Assembly: GCA_964035575.1 (NCBI GenBank)
Contig: OZ037834.1
Span: forward strand, 310,001 to 374,000
DNA from: Rhynchopus sp. YZ270_cl-10
Lineage: Eukaryota
Direction: 5' to 3'
DNA: 64,000 nucleotides
Positions 1-10,995 of the stretch are shown in pieces. Position 1 is the stretch's first letter; every line of letters begins with the position of its first letter. Position numbers and translations under genes: made by a program. The notes under the pieces are model-generated. The model made no database searches. It was not told where the DNA came from and was given only the letters and a program-made list of their open reading frames with translations.

Positions 1-644
1 GGAGTTCATCCTCGGGTGTCTACACTAATACAACCAAGTTTTCAAAAAAAAAAAAAGGGGTTTTGGTGCAGCGCATCCTCTGGGGTGGCTGCACTCCGAT
101 AGAAACCAAGTTTATTCCTTCAAATAGAAGAACTGCTTCTTCGGGGGCGTTTTTTTTTTCCCACTCCCGGTGGGGTGTGCTGTCATTGTGTATTTCTGAT
201 GATTTTTTTTGATTTTTTTTTGATTTTTTTATTCAAAAAAACGGCGTTTTACATGCAGCTCCTTGTAATTCTGCTTTCGTTTGAGGGGAAAAAAAGAGAG
301 AAAAAAAGGCGAAAACTTCATCAAATTGACAAAGACACAGCCAGCCATGACTGATGTGTTGCGAAGCTCCTGTCTACAGGCTCTCCCACACATTAGGTAT
401 CCAGGAGAATTTTTATCGACACAACAAAATTAAAAAAAAAGCATTTCTTCTTTTTCAATCACACAGACAGTTTTATCATAACATCCTTGGGGGGTGGTCC
501 ATAGATAAATAAACCAAAGATTTGGACAGCAACACTTCAGATACTTTTTTTGAGTGCCTCTTTTAAAAAAAAAAAAATCGCAAACACATTTTTCTGCTCC
601 TTTTGCATAAGAAACGATAGTTGTGTGGTGCTTTCGGAAAAGCA

Positions 645-731
645 GTCAGCGACCTGTCAATATCAGGGGGGAGGTGTCTATAAAGTCCTTGTGTCAACGA
701 CCTGTCAGTGACCTGTCAATATCGACCCCTC
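645..731 (+). repeat. Dispersed repeat built on a gacctgtca unit (also 8547-8575 on +, 13731-13840 on -)
   Basis: gtcagcgacctgtcaatat...ccttgtgtcaacgacctgtcagtgacctgtcaatatcgacccc matches the reverse complement of 13731-13830. Confidence 0.65.
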
Positions 732-941
732 CCCGGAGCACCATTGTGAAACGTTTTTTTTTTTTTAAACCATCAGAAGATGGCATGCACAGTGTTGTAT
801 ACCCCCTTACTCACTTTCTTCCTCTCTGTCTCTCTCCCTCTCTCTCTCTCTCCCAAGCAAAATTCCTGTCCCACCGTCGCTAGAATGCAAAAAAATGTAA
901 AAAAAACAAAACAAAAAATGGGGATTTATATTTGTTAGGGG

Positions 942-1176
942 GTGTGTTCCGGGGGGTGTCTGAATGCCGAATTTTTTTTTCATTTTTCAATTCACAACTC
1001 TTTTCGCAACAATATGGTACACAGACTGTGTTGTGAAAAAAAGTTGTGGAACTGGTACTCCCGACGCAAGAAGTACGCAATATGTACGCAAAGGACCAGT
1101 TTCAGGAGTACCAGGAACCTTTCGTGAAAAAGGTTGTTGGGAGAGAGTTGTGAAATCTGATGCCCCCGGAACACAC
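942..1176. mobile_element. Foldback MITE-like element
   Basis: gtgtgttccggggg (942-955) / cccccggaacacac (1163-1176). Internal ttcacaactc / gagttgtgaa motifs, also seen at ~9810-9880. Confidence 0.5.
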
Positions 1177-1231
1177 TTTTATTTGTTGCAAAAAAAAAAA
1201 AAAAAAAAATGTTCAAACACGTTAGCGGTTA

Positions 1232-1344
1232 CAGTGGGGCATTATTACGGACGCGGTTTATTACCAGTAGGTAGTAACTTAATTATGGGTAGCTATAGGA
1301 GTTACCCATAATTAGGCATACCCGTCATATAGCGCCCCCCACTG
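1232..1344. mobile_element. Tc1/mariner-type MITE, TA-flanked
   Basis: ta|cagtgggg...ccccactg|ta with internal palindrome taattatgggtagc / gttacccataatta. Confidence 0.7.
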
Positions 1345-4300
1345 TATATGTGCTGATTCATCATCATGTCACTTTCTTGCAAAAAAAAAAAAAATATTGT
1401 TGTGTGCGTTCTGTGTTATTCCTTACAGTGAACGCAATATGACATTTTTTTTTTTTCAAGTTTTCTTTCTTTGGACTCTGTTGCAGCAAAATACAACCCC
1501 ATCTGTTTTGTTTTTTTTATTTTGATAGCATTTTTTTTATATTTGTGAAGATTGAAGGTTCTTTCTTCATCTAAAAAGATAGTTGCTCTTTCGGGTTGGA
1601 GACGGTCTACGTCTTTCCCGTAGTACAAAAACAAAAAAAAAAAGACAGTTGGTGGAGCACACTCTAGGGTGGCTACACTAATACAACCAAGTTTTCAAAA
1701 AGACAAAAAAAAAACAAAAAAGGCTTCAGACAAAACATTGAGTACAGACCCTAAAGTAACTCACTAAGGAAAAGCTCGGTTTTTTTTCATAAAAACCCCA
1801 TCCGTTATTGTTACGTTGTAACAACACTAAGGTGGGTACAATGTACAACTGATTTGTCGTTTTTCAACAAGAAATCGGCTTTTCACAGAAAAGAGGTCAA
1901 CTACGTTCAATGAAATGCCCTCACTGGGTAGGGTATGGAATGACGCGACAATTTCCCCCCACATCCCATTTTCCCAATGCGAGATTTTTCTTCATTTTTT
2001 TTTCACTGACATTTTCCATATTTCATCTTTTCCGTTCTTTCTTATCTCTTGACAACCGATCAAACACAGTCTCAGGTGTATGTAGTGTTAATCCTCGTAT
2101 TTCATCCAAAAATTCTTTCAAAAAAAAAAAAATAGTGGAGCACACTAGGGTGGCTACACTAATACAAAAAAAACCAAGTTTTCAAACAAACATAACATAG
2201 GCACTACTGACCAGTTCGGTCCTGAGGCGTGTAACAAAATGCCAAAGAAAAAAAACAAAACAAACAAAAAGTGCACATCACATTACATTCATCACACACT
2301 CCTTTCAGATTGGCCTCTGAGTTTACCCCCCCTCACCCCAGAGGTTCAATCTTAGCGGTCATCGCAAGACTGACCACACCACAGGAGAAACCAAAAAAAC
2401 CAGAAATATTTTTCAAGAAGAAAATAAAAAGCGAAGTAACCCCAAAGCAAAAAAATACGGGGATTTTATTTTGTTTGCATCAGTTTTATCCAAACTGATG
2501 ACAAAAAAAAAAAGCAACGAAAACTGGAACTATTTGAGGATGGGCCAAGCACAAAGAGGCTTTTGGTTCATCTTGCATGTGTGCAACAGAATTTTTTTCC
2601 CCCCCATTTATTTTCTCTGTGGGTCTCTGTGGGTACATTTAGTACCCTATTATACCTTCTATTCAGTAGAACAGATAGTATATGAAACAATTACTTCCTT
2701 TTTTTTTTCTGAAGTGTCTACGAGAGGCACATCGATCTTTACAAGTTTTTTTTTTTCCCACCGTTTTTTTTTTTTGAAGATGTGTCTGTGTACACGAGAT
2801 TTACATGCATCTTTAATTTGGTTGGTTGGGTGTCCACCACCCCCCGGTACAGCCGGTCACACCATAGGTACACTCTTCACAAGAGGGCTTTGTATTTCAA
2901 CTCTATTTTGTTTTCTCCTGGACACCAAGACAAGATGTACGGCATTAAGAAAGAGACAACTGCGTGCAGGCACCACTTTGCGTGGTAGCTGACCGTTTGG
3001 CAAATTTTCAAAAATAAAATAAAATATTCATTCCGATGATTTTGCTTGGTGTATTTTTTTCTTCTCGTGTACTTCCTTTTTTTAATAGGACACCACCTGA
3101 GCCTTGTTTCTTGCATTCTGCTTTGCAAGAGCTCTTTGTCTTGCTTAGAAACAAACTCTATTTTCCTACCATTTCCTTTTTCAGAAGAAAAATACAAAAA
3201 AAAGGCAAAACGTATCCCAGGGTCTTCTTTACAAGGTAGGTGGGAAAAAAGTACAGCCTACTCTTGAAACATTACTACAGCAAATGCTGCTGTTACCGCC
3301 TGGTTGCCAGAAAATAGAGAAAAATAACAAAAAAACCGATTGCTAGGAGTGACTCCGGCATCGCACGTTTTCAAAAGGTAATAAAGTGCTCGTCGTGAAA
3401 GGAATCTAGCCTGCTACAGATGGCATTTTGCGCCACAACGCACTGTCAATATAACAGTAATAAAACAAAGTTAGATAAAAAGAGTCAAAGAAAGGAGACC
3501 AGATAAACGAAAAAAGAGAAGCCGAAGATAATTTGAGATTATTTTTTTTTTTGCTTTCGATCCTGTGAAGAAAAACCGTGGCTACTATCTTGTGATAGTA
3601 GTCTATAATCAAACAAAAAAAAATTTTTGCTTTTATTTGAGATACCATCCACTTTTTTTTCTTATTTTTGTACCCTCTTTCATTTGCGGATTTTAGTGCG
3701 AAAGAGCGAACCTTCCGATTTCCCTTATTTTTTTTGGTTTCTGTTTTTTTTCTGTACTCACTTTTTTTTGAGCCCGAGCAACAAAGAAAATAAGACAGCA
3801 ACGACACCTTTTTCAAAGGTAAAGGCCTGGTTTATTTTTCTCTTTGTCTCAACTCAAAAAAAAAAAATACATTTTTGTTTCTTTATCATTCTTTGGGGGA
3901 TTTGTTACCTACCACTACAAGCACCCAGATTTTTTGTGATAACATATTTACGTCTTCTTAGGTAATATCAATAAAAGGGCCCACGGCATTTTCCCCATTT
4001 ATTCCTTTATTGCTGCGCGATAACGAATGTGATGACAAGGTGACCAAGTACGAGAGGCTTAGGGTCATCTAAAAAAACCTTTTCTTTATTTGGCAGCACA
4101 GCGTTATTATCCTTTTTTTTGTTTCTTTTATTTGAGAAATTGTTGTCAGTAGTGTAGTTTATGCCACCTGTGCAAACACCACTTTTCCTTTCTTGAAGGT
4201 GACTAAGCACAGAGAGAAAACAAATGACTGATGAATAAACCAAAGAATAATCCAATCAGACTAAGCACAGAGAGGCTTAGGTTCATATACCAAACTTTCC

Positions 4301-4413
4301 CTTATTGTTAAAGACGGGAACATTCTTTTATTGCACGTCGGGGCACTTTAATTTCACTCCCCTAACAAATTCCTGTAGAAAAATAAAAACGGCAGTGAAA
4401 TAAAATAACTAAT

Positions 4414-4569
4414 TATTAGCGTGAAATAAAGTGCACTTTTTTTCACGCCCACGTAATTTTGGCTCACGAGTGAGAGTTTATTGCCCGAGCCGCAGGCGAG
4501 GGCAATAATAGAGCACGAGTGAGACAAAATACGTGGAAGTGAAAAAACGCACTTTATTTCAAACTAATA
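4414..4569 (+). repeat. Long imperfect palindrome (hairpin 1) of the YR element
   Basis: Arm tattagcgtgaaataaagtgc...tattgccc pairs with gggcaata...gcactttatttcaaactaata. Apex is ccc-GA-gcc-GCA-ggc-GA-ggg (4484-4502). Confidence 0.9.
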
Positions 4570-4583
4570 CGTAGTTTTGTTTT

Positions 4584-4641
4584 ACAAGTGAAAATGATAT
4601 TTTTGCTGGGATCCTTCACAAACGAGACGTAAAATAGAGTG
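4584..4641. repeat. Left inner inverted repeat flanking the YR ORF (partner 6000-6056)
   Basis: acaagtgaaaatgatatttttgctgggatccttcacaaacgagacgtaaaatagagtg matches the reverse complement of 6000-6056 (acatgtgaaaatgactttttgctgggatccttcacaaacggggcgtgaaataaagtg). Confidence 0.9.
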
Positions 4642-4859
4642 ATTTTATGAACAAAATGTGGGTACCTGTAAGTGAGAGTGTGAATGAGAGTAGGGGAACA
4701 TGTGAACATCAATCAAAAGCAGGGAAGGGGTTACTTTTTTTGATATATGCCTCCTATGACTGGTACTAATTACAAGATGTCACCACTCATCTCGCCTGTA
4801 GGGGGGGGGCAGGTGTATAGAGCATCACAGAAGGGGGGGTTTTTTTTTTGCACTCATGA

Positions 4860-5876
4860 TCATGGTTTGTTCTGTTGCACATTGATGTTAATCTTGACTT
4901 CTTGTGGCGTCTGAGTTGGGGGACTGTTGTTCTGTGTCAACAGCTGTGACATCGCAACTTGACCGGCCTGTGTGACTTCGGTGTACCTTTGTGGCATTGC
5001 CTGACTGACCCACCCATAGTGGCGTTGCATCTGTACAATAGATGCTCCTGCCTCAGCGGCTTGAGTCGCAGAAGACCTGCGGAAGCTGTGCCCAGTGTAC
5101 GAACCGTCCAGCGCAAGCACCCTCGCGACTTCTGCAGGTATGCCGTACATTTTGTTGATGCCAAGAGGTTGCACACGAAAGGTCCCAGTAGTAGTTCTGT
5201 CAGCTGTCGTCTTAGTTCCAGTGATGAAGAAGCGACCCTCCTGTGAAACTGGTGAGCGCCGGTTCAGGTACTCCTCCACCACACAAAAGTAGATGCTGTC
5301 TCTTGGTACCACAAACCTCCCACGCTCCATGTCGGCCTTTTTCACCTTAGCACAGTGCTGGTACGTGAAGAGGTATCCCACTGGTGATTCCTGATAATTT
5401 GTCATCTCAAGCATCAGTGCTTCTGTGCATCTCATTCCCGACAGAAAACACACCGCGACGTAAGCCTTGCGGACACACCAGTAGCAGTCGCTCAACTCGC
5501 TCATCTTGAGAAACATCTCCACTTCTCCCTTCGAAAACGTCTTGCTCTTCTTCGTCGATTCGTCACTTCCCCAGGTCTTCAGCAACAGCCCGATGCGGTG
5601 GTACTCCTTTAGTGAAAAGTCGAACTCCGTCTTGAACATAAAGTTGAGCTTAGAGTAGCACGACCATAATGAGCTGGCTTTGTAGCTGCGTTCTTCGCGC
5701 AGGTGTGTCAAGTAAGAGACCACATGTTCTTCTCTTGGCTGCTTCCGCCCCGTGATTTTATTGTGTTGTAAAAACTTATTCCACTCCGTTTTGTATGCAG
5801 TGCTTGACTTCAACCCTGCCAGAAGCTCGGTCTCATACAGATCCTCCATAGCCTCCTTCTTCTTGGTCCTTGGCAT
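4860..5876 (-). CDS. Tyrosine recombinase (phage-integrase family), Crypton-like transposase, 338 aa, apparently intact
   Basis: Catalytic motifs in the correct order: R (SGMRCTE), HxxR (YTGHSFRRSSAT), H/W (HYGW), Y (PQRYTE). N-terminal core-binding-like segment (TAYKTEWNKF...SSLWSCYSKL). Balanced-GC coding island in AT-rich DNA. No reverse transcriptase nearby. Confidence 0.93.
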   Translation of the reverse strand: MPRTKKKEAMEDLYETELLAGLKSSTAYKTEWNKFLQHNKITGRKQPREEHVVSYLTHLREERSYKASSLWSCYSKLNFMFKTEFDFSLKEYHRIGLLLKTWGSDESTKKSKTFSKGEVEMFLKMSELSDCYWCVRKAYVAVCFLSGMRCTEALMLEMTNYQESPVGYLFTYQHCAKVKKADMERGRFVVPRDSIYFCVVEEYLNRRSPVSQEGRFFITGTKTTADRTTTGTFRVQPLGINKMYGIPAEVARVLALDGSYTGHSFRRSSATQAAEAGASIVQMQRHYGWVSQAMPQRYTEVTQAGQVAMSQLLTQNNSPPTQTPQEVKININVQQNKP

Positions 5877-5925
5877 GATTTGTAGGGTGGAGTGTGTGGT
5901 TTTGTGACTGACAGAAAACAGTGAA
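5877..5925 (-). promoter_or_regulatory. Putative trans-splice acceptor and short leader of the YR gene
   Basis: Minus strand reads tttcactgttttctgtcAG then tcacaaaaccacacactccaccctacaaatc-ATG. The A/C-rich leader resembles those of the host genes at 19966 and 24265. Confidence 0.4.
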
Positions 5926-5999
5926 ACTTTTTTTCACGCCAGTGAAACTTTTTTTCACGCCTCCAGCGAAATTACTAAGAGCAAGCGTGAAAAAAAGCT

Positions 6000-6056
6000 C
6001 ACTTTATTTCACGCCCCGTTTGTGAAGGATCCCAGCAAAAAGTCATTTTCACATGT
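6000..6056. repeat. Right inner inverted repeat flanking the YR ORF (partner 4584-4641)
   Basis: Reverse complement of 4584-4641, including an exact run ttttgctgggatccttcacaaacg. Confidence 0.9.
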
Positions 6057-6176
6057 GATATAAAAGGCTTTATTTCTTTATTTCACTCTTTATTTCACTC
6101 TTTATTTCACTGCTCGATTTTTTTTTTTTTTTCGCAAAGACAAAATTTTCAGCCGAAAAAAAAAATTTTTTTTGGG

Positions 6177-6417
6177 CTCAGATGGACCCAAAAATGCAAA
6201 TAAAGCAAGAATTTTGATGTTTTGAGCATCACATATTTATTCCCCGGTCATTTTCTGTACAAAAAACCGGTTTGTATGGGCCAGCGCCTTAGCAAAAATC
6301 CGAAAAATCGGGAAAAAAAAATTTTTTTTCCCCGGAAAATTTCGACTCCTGGGTGGGGTCTTGGGGTACCGAAAAATGCAAAAAAAACGCAAAATTTGGG
6401 TATTTTGACCATCTGAG
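6177..6417. mobile_element. Possible MITE inside the YR composite (ctcagatgg...ccatctgag termini)
   Basis: Terminal 9 bp perfect inverted repeat extended imperfectly (ctcagatggacccaaaaatgcaaat / atttgggtattttgaccatctgag). No clear TSD. Confidence 0.35.
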
Positions 6418-6730
6418 GGATTTTTTCACGTGTTTCACCTTAGATGGAAGCGGATGCGGCTGGTGGGGGTGGGGTGTGCCCACCTACGGGAACAGTGCTG
6501 CCTGTGGAGTGGCCACTCCATCTGCCTCAATGGTGTTTAGGTCGGACATCAGCAACTCTGCAAGGTTGTGATACAGGAGATAAAGATATTTCGAAAAGAG
6601 AAAAATTTGAATGAAGATAACCCCAACACCAAAGGGAAGTTGATACGATGAACGTAAGCCTTGAGAACTAAGCGTTTAGCAGACCCCCGGGTTGTGAAAT
6701 AAAAGTGCCCCGTTGTGCAATAAAAAAATG

Positions 6731-6890
6731 TATTGTTGGTGTAATATTTTGCCTTAATTTCACTTACAGCCCCAAAACCCCTCGGAGTGGTATTTTTTCC
6801 CCTCGGGCTGCGCCCTCGGGGAAAAAAACCACTCCTCGGGGTTTTTTGGGGCTGTGCGTGAAATAAAGGCAAAAATATTACACGTCAATA
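6731..6890 (-). repeat. Long imperfect palindrome (hairpin 2) of the YR element
   Basis: gtgtaatattttgccttaatttcac (6739-6763) pairs with gtgaaataaaggcaaaaatattacac (6858-6883). Minus-strand apex is cccc-GA-gggc-GCA-gccc-GA-gggg. Confidence 0.9.
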
Positions 6891-8411
6891 ATATATATTA
6901 TTGATCCCACCTCCGATGCTATCAATTTATTGGATGCTTATGTTGCAATATTGTTTTTTTTTTTTGCGAATCTCTGTATTCTTCCTTTAGGTGATCCGAA
7001 AAAGCAGTGCGAACGAGAAGCTCAGGCTCACCTTCACAAAACGTTTACTTTTTTTTTGCAAAAAAAAAGTGTGCAATTTTTTTTCTTCTCCTCTTTTGTT
7101 TGTTTGCTATTTTCTCTCTTTGTTTGGATCTCTCTGTCTCCTTTTATCTCTCTCTCTCTCCAAGCTGAGGTGTTCCATCACTGACAGAAGGGGGTTTTTT
7201 AAAAAAAAAAAACGGGCAAACCAATGCTTTCTGTTCCTCTGAATTGAAAGAAATTGATTGTATTTTTTTATCCACCTGATTTTCTGCCAAACACCGCCAA
7301 AATTGGAGGGTCTAAAAATCAGGTGGTTTTATACCGTGCCTTCTTATCCATTCCTCCTTCTTTGTCAACGGATCACGTTCTGCGTATTTTCTTCATCTCC
7401 AGAGTCCAGACAAGCAAACAAAACAAAAAAAAATAAATAATAAAAAATGCACATTTTATTCTCTCCACAAATTTTTTAAAAAAAAATATGAAGTTCACTC
7501 CCTTTGCTGTTTCGATAACCAAAAGCAGAGTGGGTAAGGTGCCTTTGTCGTCCACAGTGATGTTTCTTTTTTGGCACACTACTGTATAATCGTTTACTTT
7601 GTCGCCCACATAATCTATCAACTTAGTTAATTGGCGTGTGACAAAATTGAACGATTGTACAGTAATCCTCAACTTCCATTTTTTTTCTCTCCAATAAAAT
7701 GATTCATGCGACCCTTGCAATTTTTTTTTGAAAAAAAAATTCTTATTATGCCTTGTGTTACAGAACCCCGTTATTTGGATAGGGGTGATTGTCGATACGA
7801 CAAAAAAAAAATCGGTACATAAAAATATGACAAAAAAATGAGTGTTTTTTTTTGGTGAATAACTGTCTGAACTGGCAGCTTTTTTGTTTGTTTGTTTACC
7901 TTTCATTTTTTAACCCCTATGGTGAGGGGTGTCTGACTGCCAGTGTTTTTCGACTTTTTATTTCTTCTTCTTTTTTGTGTGGAAAAATATTCAAAACTTA
8001 TTTGATGTGTTCGCATTCCTTCGAGTGTTCTCTCTGATCTTTTTTTGATAGGAAAAAAATGCCAAATTGTCTTGACAAAAATGAAAACTAAAAATGACTT
8101 TAAAATTGACAGTGCGTGCTCCATTATATGTTTGTCACCACGAAACAAGATAGAAGACTGCGTGGTTGGGGGGGGGGAGGGTTGTCCACCACCCCCCCCT
8201 ATGGGTGCACTAAAGGTTCACTGTCAACGAGAGTGCTTTTTTTGGATTTCATATGTCAATTTTTGTTTACCCATCCCCGCCCCGTTTTTTTTTTTTTTTT
8301 TACAGCACAACCATTAACCCTGCTCTTTGGTTTTGTGAGAGTGGTGATTGTTGCAATATTCTCAACATTAAAAAAAAAAAAAAATCCGTCTATATCTTTT
8401 AAGTACAATAG

Positions 8412-8466
8412 CCTTCGGGCGACATTGAGTACAGATCCTGCATTAGCAGGTGATTGTCGACACAAC
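8412..8466 (+). repeat. Hairpin repeat family D (also 9182-9260, 7755-7800, 14734-14776, partial 1735-1752)
   Basis: cgacattgagtacaga-[variable stem]-ggtgattgtcga, with closing stem cgaca/tgtcg. Confidence 0.6.
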
Positions 8467-10868
8467 AAAAAAACCAAATGCAGTCTACCAATGACTGTAA
8501 AAAGAAAAAGAAAATAAAAACTCCCGTACGGTGCTGTAGGAAATGAGTCAGCGACCTGTCAATATTGGCCCCCCCCTGGAGCACCACCGTAGCTTTTGCT
8601 TTTCTTCTTGTCCTCAAAAGAGGCTTCCTCTTCACAGGGCCAAGGTAGTGGGGAGCGTATTGTGGAGTAATAAAATATCAACACAAAATACTTTACGCAC
8701 AACAAATTTTCTCCTCCCCCGCCCCCGCCACCTCTCTTAACAAAACGCCACCAAACAAACAAAAAAAACAGAGCAAAATACAAAAAAAAAAAAACTTTCA
8801 AACATATTTCTTCACAAAACGTTCTCTTTTCGTTCTTTCTTTCATATGCGATTACTATTCAGAACGAAAAAAAAAACACGAAAAAAGAAAAAAAAACTCA
8901 CACAAAACAAAACAGAAAAAAAAGAAGCCGTGCTTTTGAGTCACACTTTATCCTAGCTCTGATGCACGCCTTATGGTTATAGGTTGTGTGCAATGAAGAG
9001 CAGGGTGTGGAATAGTTCCTAAAAGTGGGGGCATATTCCCATGGGATGTACCTTTGTGTAGCTCTTCAGAAGTAATTATATTATAGTCGTCTTGCAAAGT
9101 GTGTTTTATACAGTTTTCATTGGACAGTCTCTTGAAGAATTCGGAGGAATTTTTTTTTTTTTTAAGCAGTAGTACGCGAAGGCTTCGGACGACATTGAGT
9201 ACAGGTCTGTGTACAGGTCTGTGTACCACCTTTATTCCGGTAGGTGTCAAGTGATTGTCATGTCAAACAAAGAAAAAGAAATTCGAAGTCTTTTCTTTTC
9301 TTTTCCAAACGAAAACCAGAAAACGCACAAAAAAAATAAATACTCTTTTTTTTATTTTGATTTCAAAGCAAGTCTCTCTGCCCAAAGGCCTCTTGAATGA
9401 GGGGGGGGTATCTAAAAAGAAGAAAAAAAAATAAAGTCAACTACGATCGATAACTGGGAGGGGATTTCACCCCACAGTTTAGTCGATTACTCAAACCCTC
9501 AGTAACAAAAACGATTTATTTTTATTTTTGTTTTTTTATTTTTTTGTATGGGAAAATGAAAGAATTAAAAAAAAATGTGCTCTCTCGGTCTCTTTCTAAG
9601 GATTGTATTTTGTTGTATTTTTCTCTTGGCAGAAGGCAAAACGTGTCTTCTTGTCGATGATACACACAAAACAAGCATATAAGGAGGGGTATTGAACAAC
9701 AGCGTTCACACCCTTGTTTATATGCAGCATTTTATTTTTCCTTTTTCTTTTTTTTTTTTTTCTCTTTGGACAAGAGTGTAAAGATGTGTCTGTGGTGCTT
9801 TTCAGGGGGGTTTTCACAGCTTTTCATACCCACATGGTTGTGAAAGAGTTGTGAAAAAGTTTTGAAAAAGTTGTGAAAACCCCACCCCGTATAGCACCAA
9901 AAATCTGTGAAATAAACATATCCGAGCTTTGTTTTATTGTTTTTGCTTGCGCTTTTCATCCGGGGTTGGCATCGTACCGATGGGTCAGTCGGAGGGTGTG
10001 CCTGCATCAACAATCAACCATTTTTCTTTTCTTTTTTTCCTTTTCCCCCTTTCCCCTGCTTCCTCCCAGAATGTCCCACACACACCACCCCTCTACGTTT
10101 TATGCATTATGAAGACACACCTCACACAGACCCTCGTGGTCTTTCTCGAGATGTTTAAATAAAGCACATTATCACACAAATTCCTTCTTTTATTTGAGAG
10201 CTGTTAATATGACAGCCTGAGAGAGCGTTTTGTTCCCCTCTTCCCTTTCCCCCTTTTTTTTAAAAAGGGTCCCACAAACCAGTAAAAGAGATTTACGTAT
10301 GTGTACGTAACGCTTGAATTAAGAGAGAGAGAGAAAAAATTGATAGTGAAGACTGCCTGAATGGCAGCTACACTAAACAAACAAATTACCAAAAAAAGGG
10401 CATTACCGAATTCCCATATTTTTTAAAAAAAAGGTGGGAGGGAAGTAGTGCTAATAAAACCCCTGTTATTTTTCTCTCTCTGGGAATGAAATCATCGGAA
10501 ATTTATTTTTTCTGACAAAAAATTAGGGGGAAAGAAAGTGGAGTTGTTGCACACATAACAAAAGGGAGGCAACAACTCGTAATAATTCCAGAAGAAAAAA
10601 AAAAGTTATTCACAGAAAAAAAAAGAATAAAAACACAAACAAAACAATTTCCCAAATTCCCCTATTTTTCTTTTTTTGAACAAACAGTTTTCTTTTCTCT
10701 TTTCCCTTCTTCTTTCCTAGTCCCCTGTACATTTTCATGCAACCCAAAAATTCACCGCTGAGTGATTGTGTGGATGTGTTTGGGGGACAGAGACCCCCAA
10801 TTTTTCATTTTTTTAAAAATCTATTTTTCTTTTCACATTTTTTTTTTTTGCAACAAACAATAAGTCTA

Positions 10869-10995
10869 CAGTGGTTAAATAAATGGTACACGCCTAAAAG
10901 AAAGGCAGAGCTGAAAAATCGATGGCAAAATTAACTTTGGACAGAATTTTTCTTAGGCGGACAGTTTCTTTAGGTGTACCTTTCTTCAACCACTT
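10869..10995. mobile_element. Degenerate relative of the 18783 MITE
   Basis: ta-cagtggttaaa...cgcctaaa...aatcgatggc...ttaggcgg...caaccact shares these motifs with 18783-18872. Confidence 0.6.

Larger units (their letters stand above)
4328..6903. mobile_element. Composite or nested Crypton-like tyrosine-recombinase element
   Basis: Outer inverted repeat 4321-4357 / 6694-6730. Inner inverted repeat 4584-4641 / 6000-6056. Short IR gcagtgaaataaa 4392-4404 / 6101-6113. Foldbacks at 4414-4569 and 6731-6890. TTATTG direct repeat at 4328-4333 and 6898-6903. Joined flanks resemble 15867-15916. Confidence 0.75.

Noticed and set aside
4860..5876. Prophage/integron integrase or DIRS/VIPER retroelement interpretation
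   Set aside because: Context is eukaryotic with no phage genes or cassette array, and there is no gag, RT or RNase H ORF within the repeat-bounded unit.
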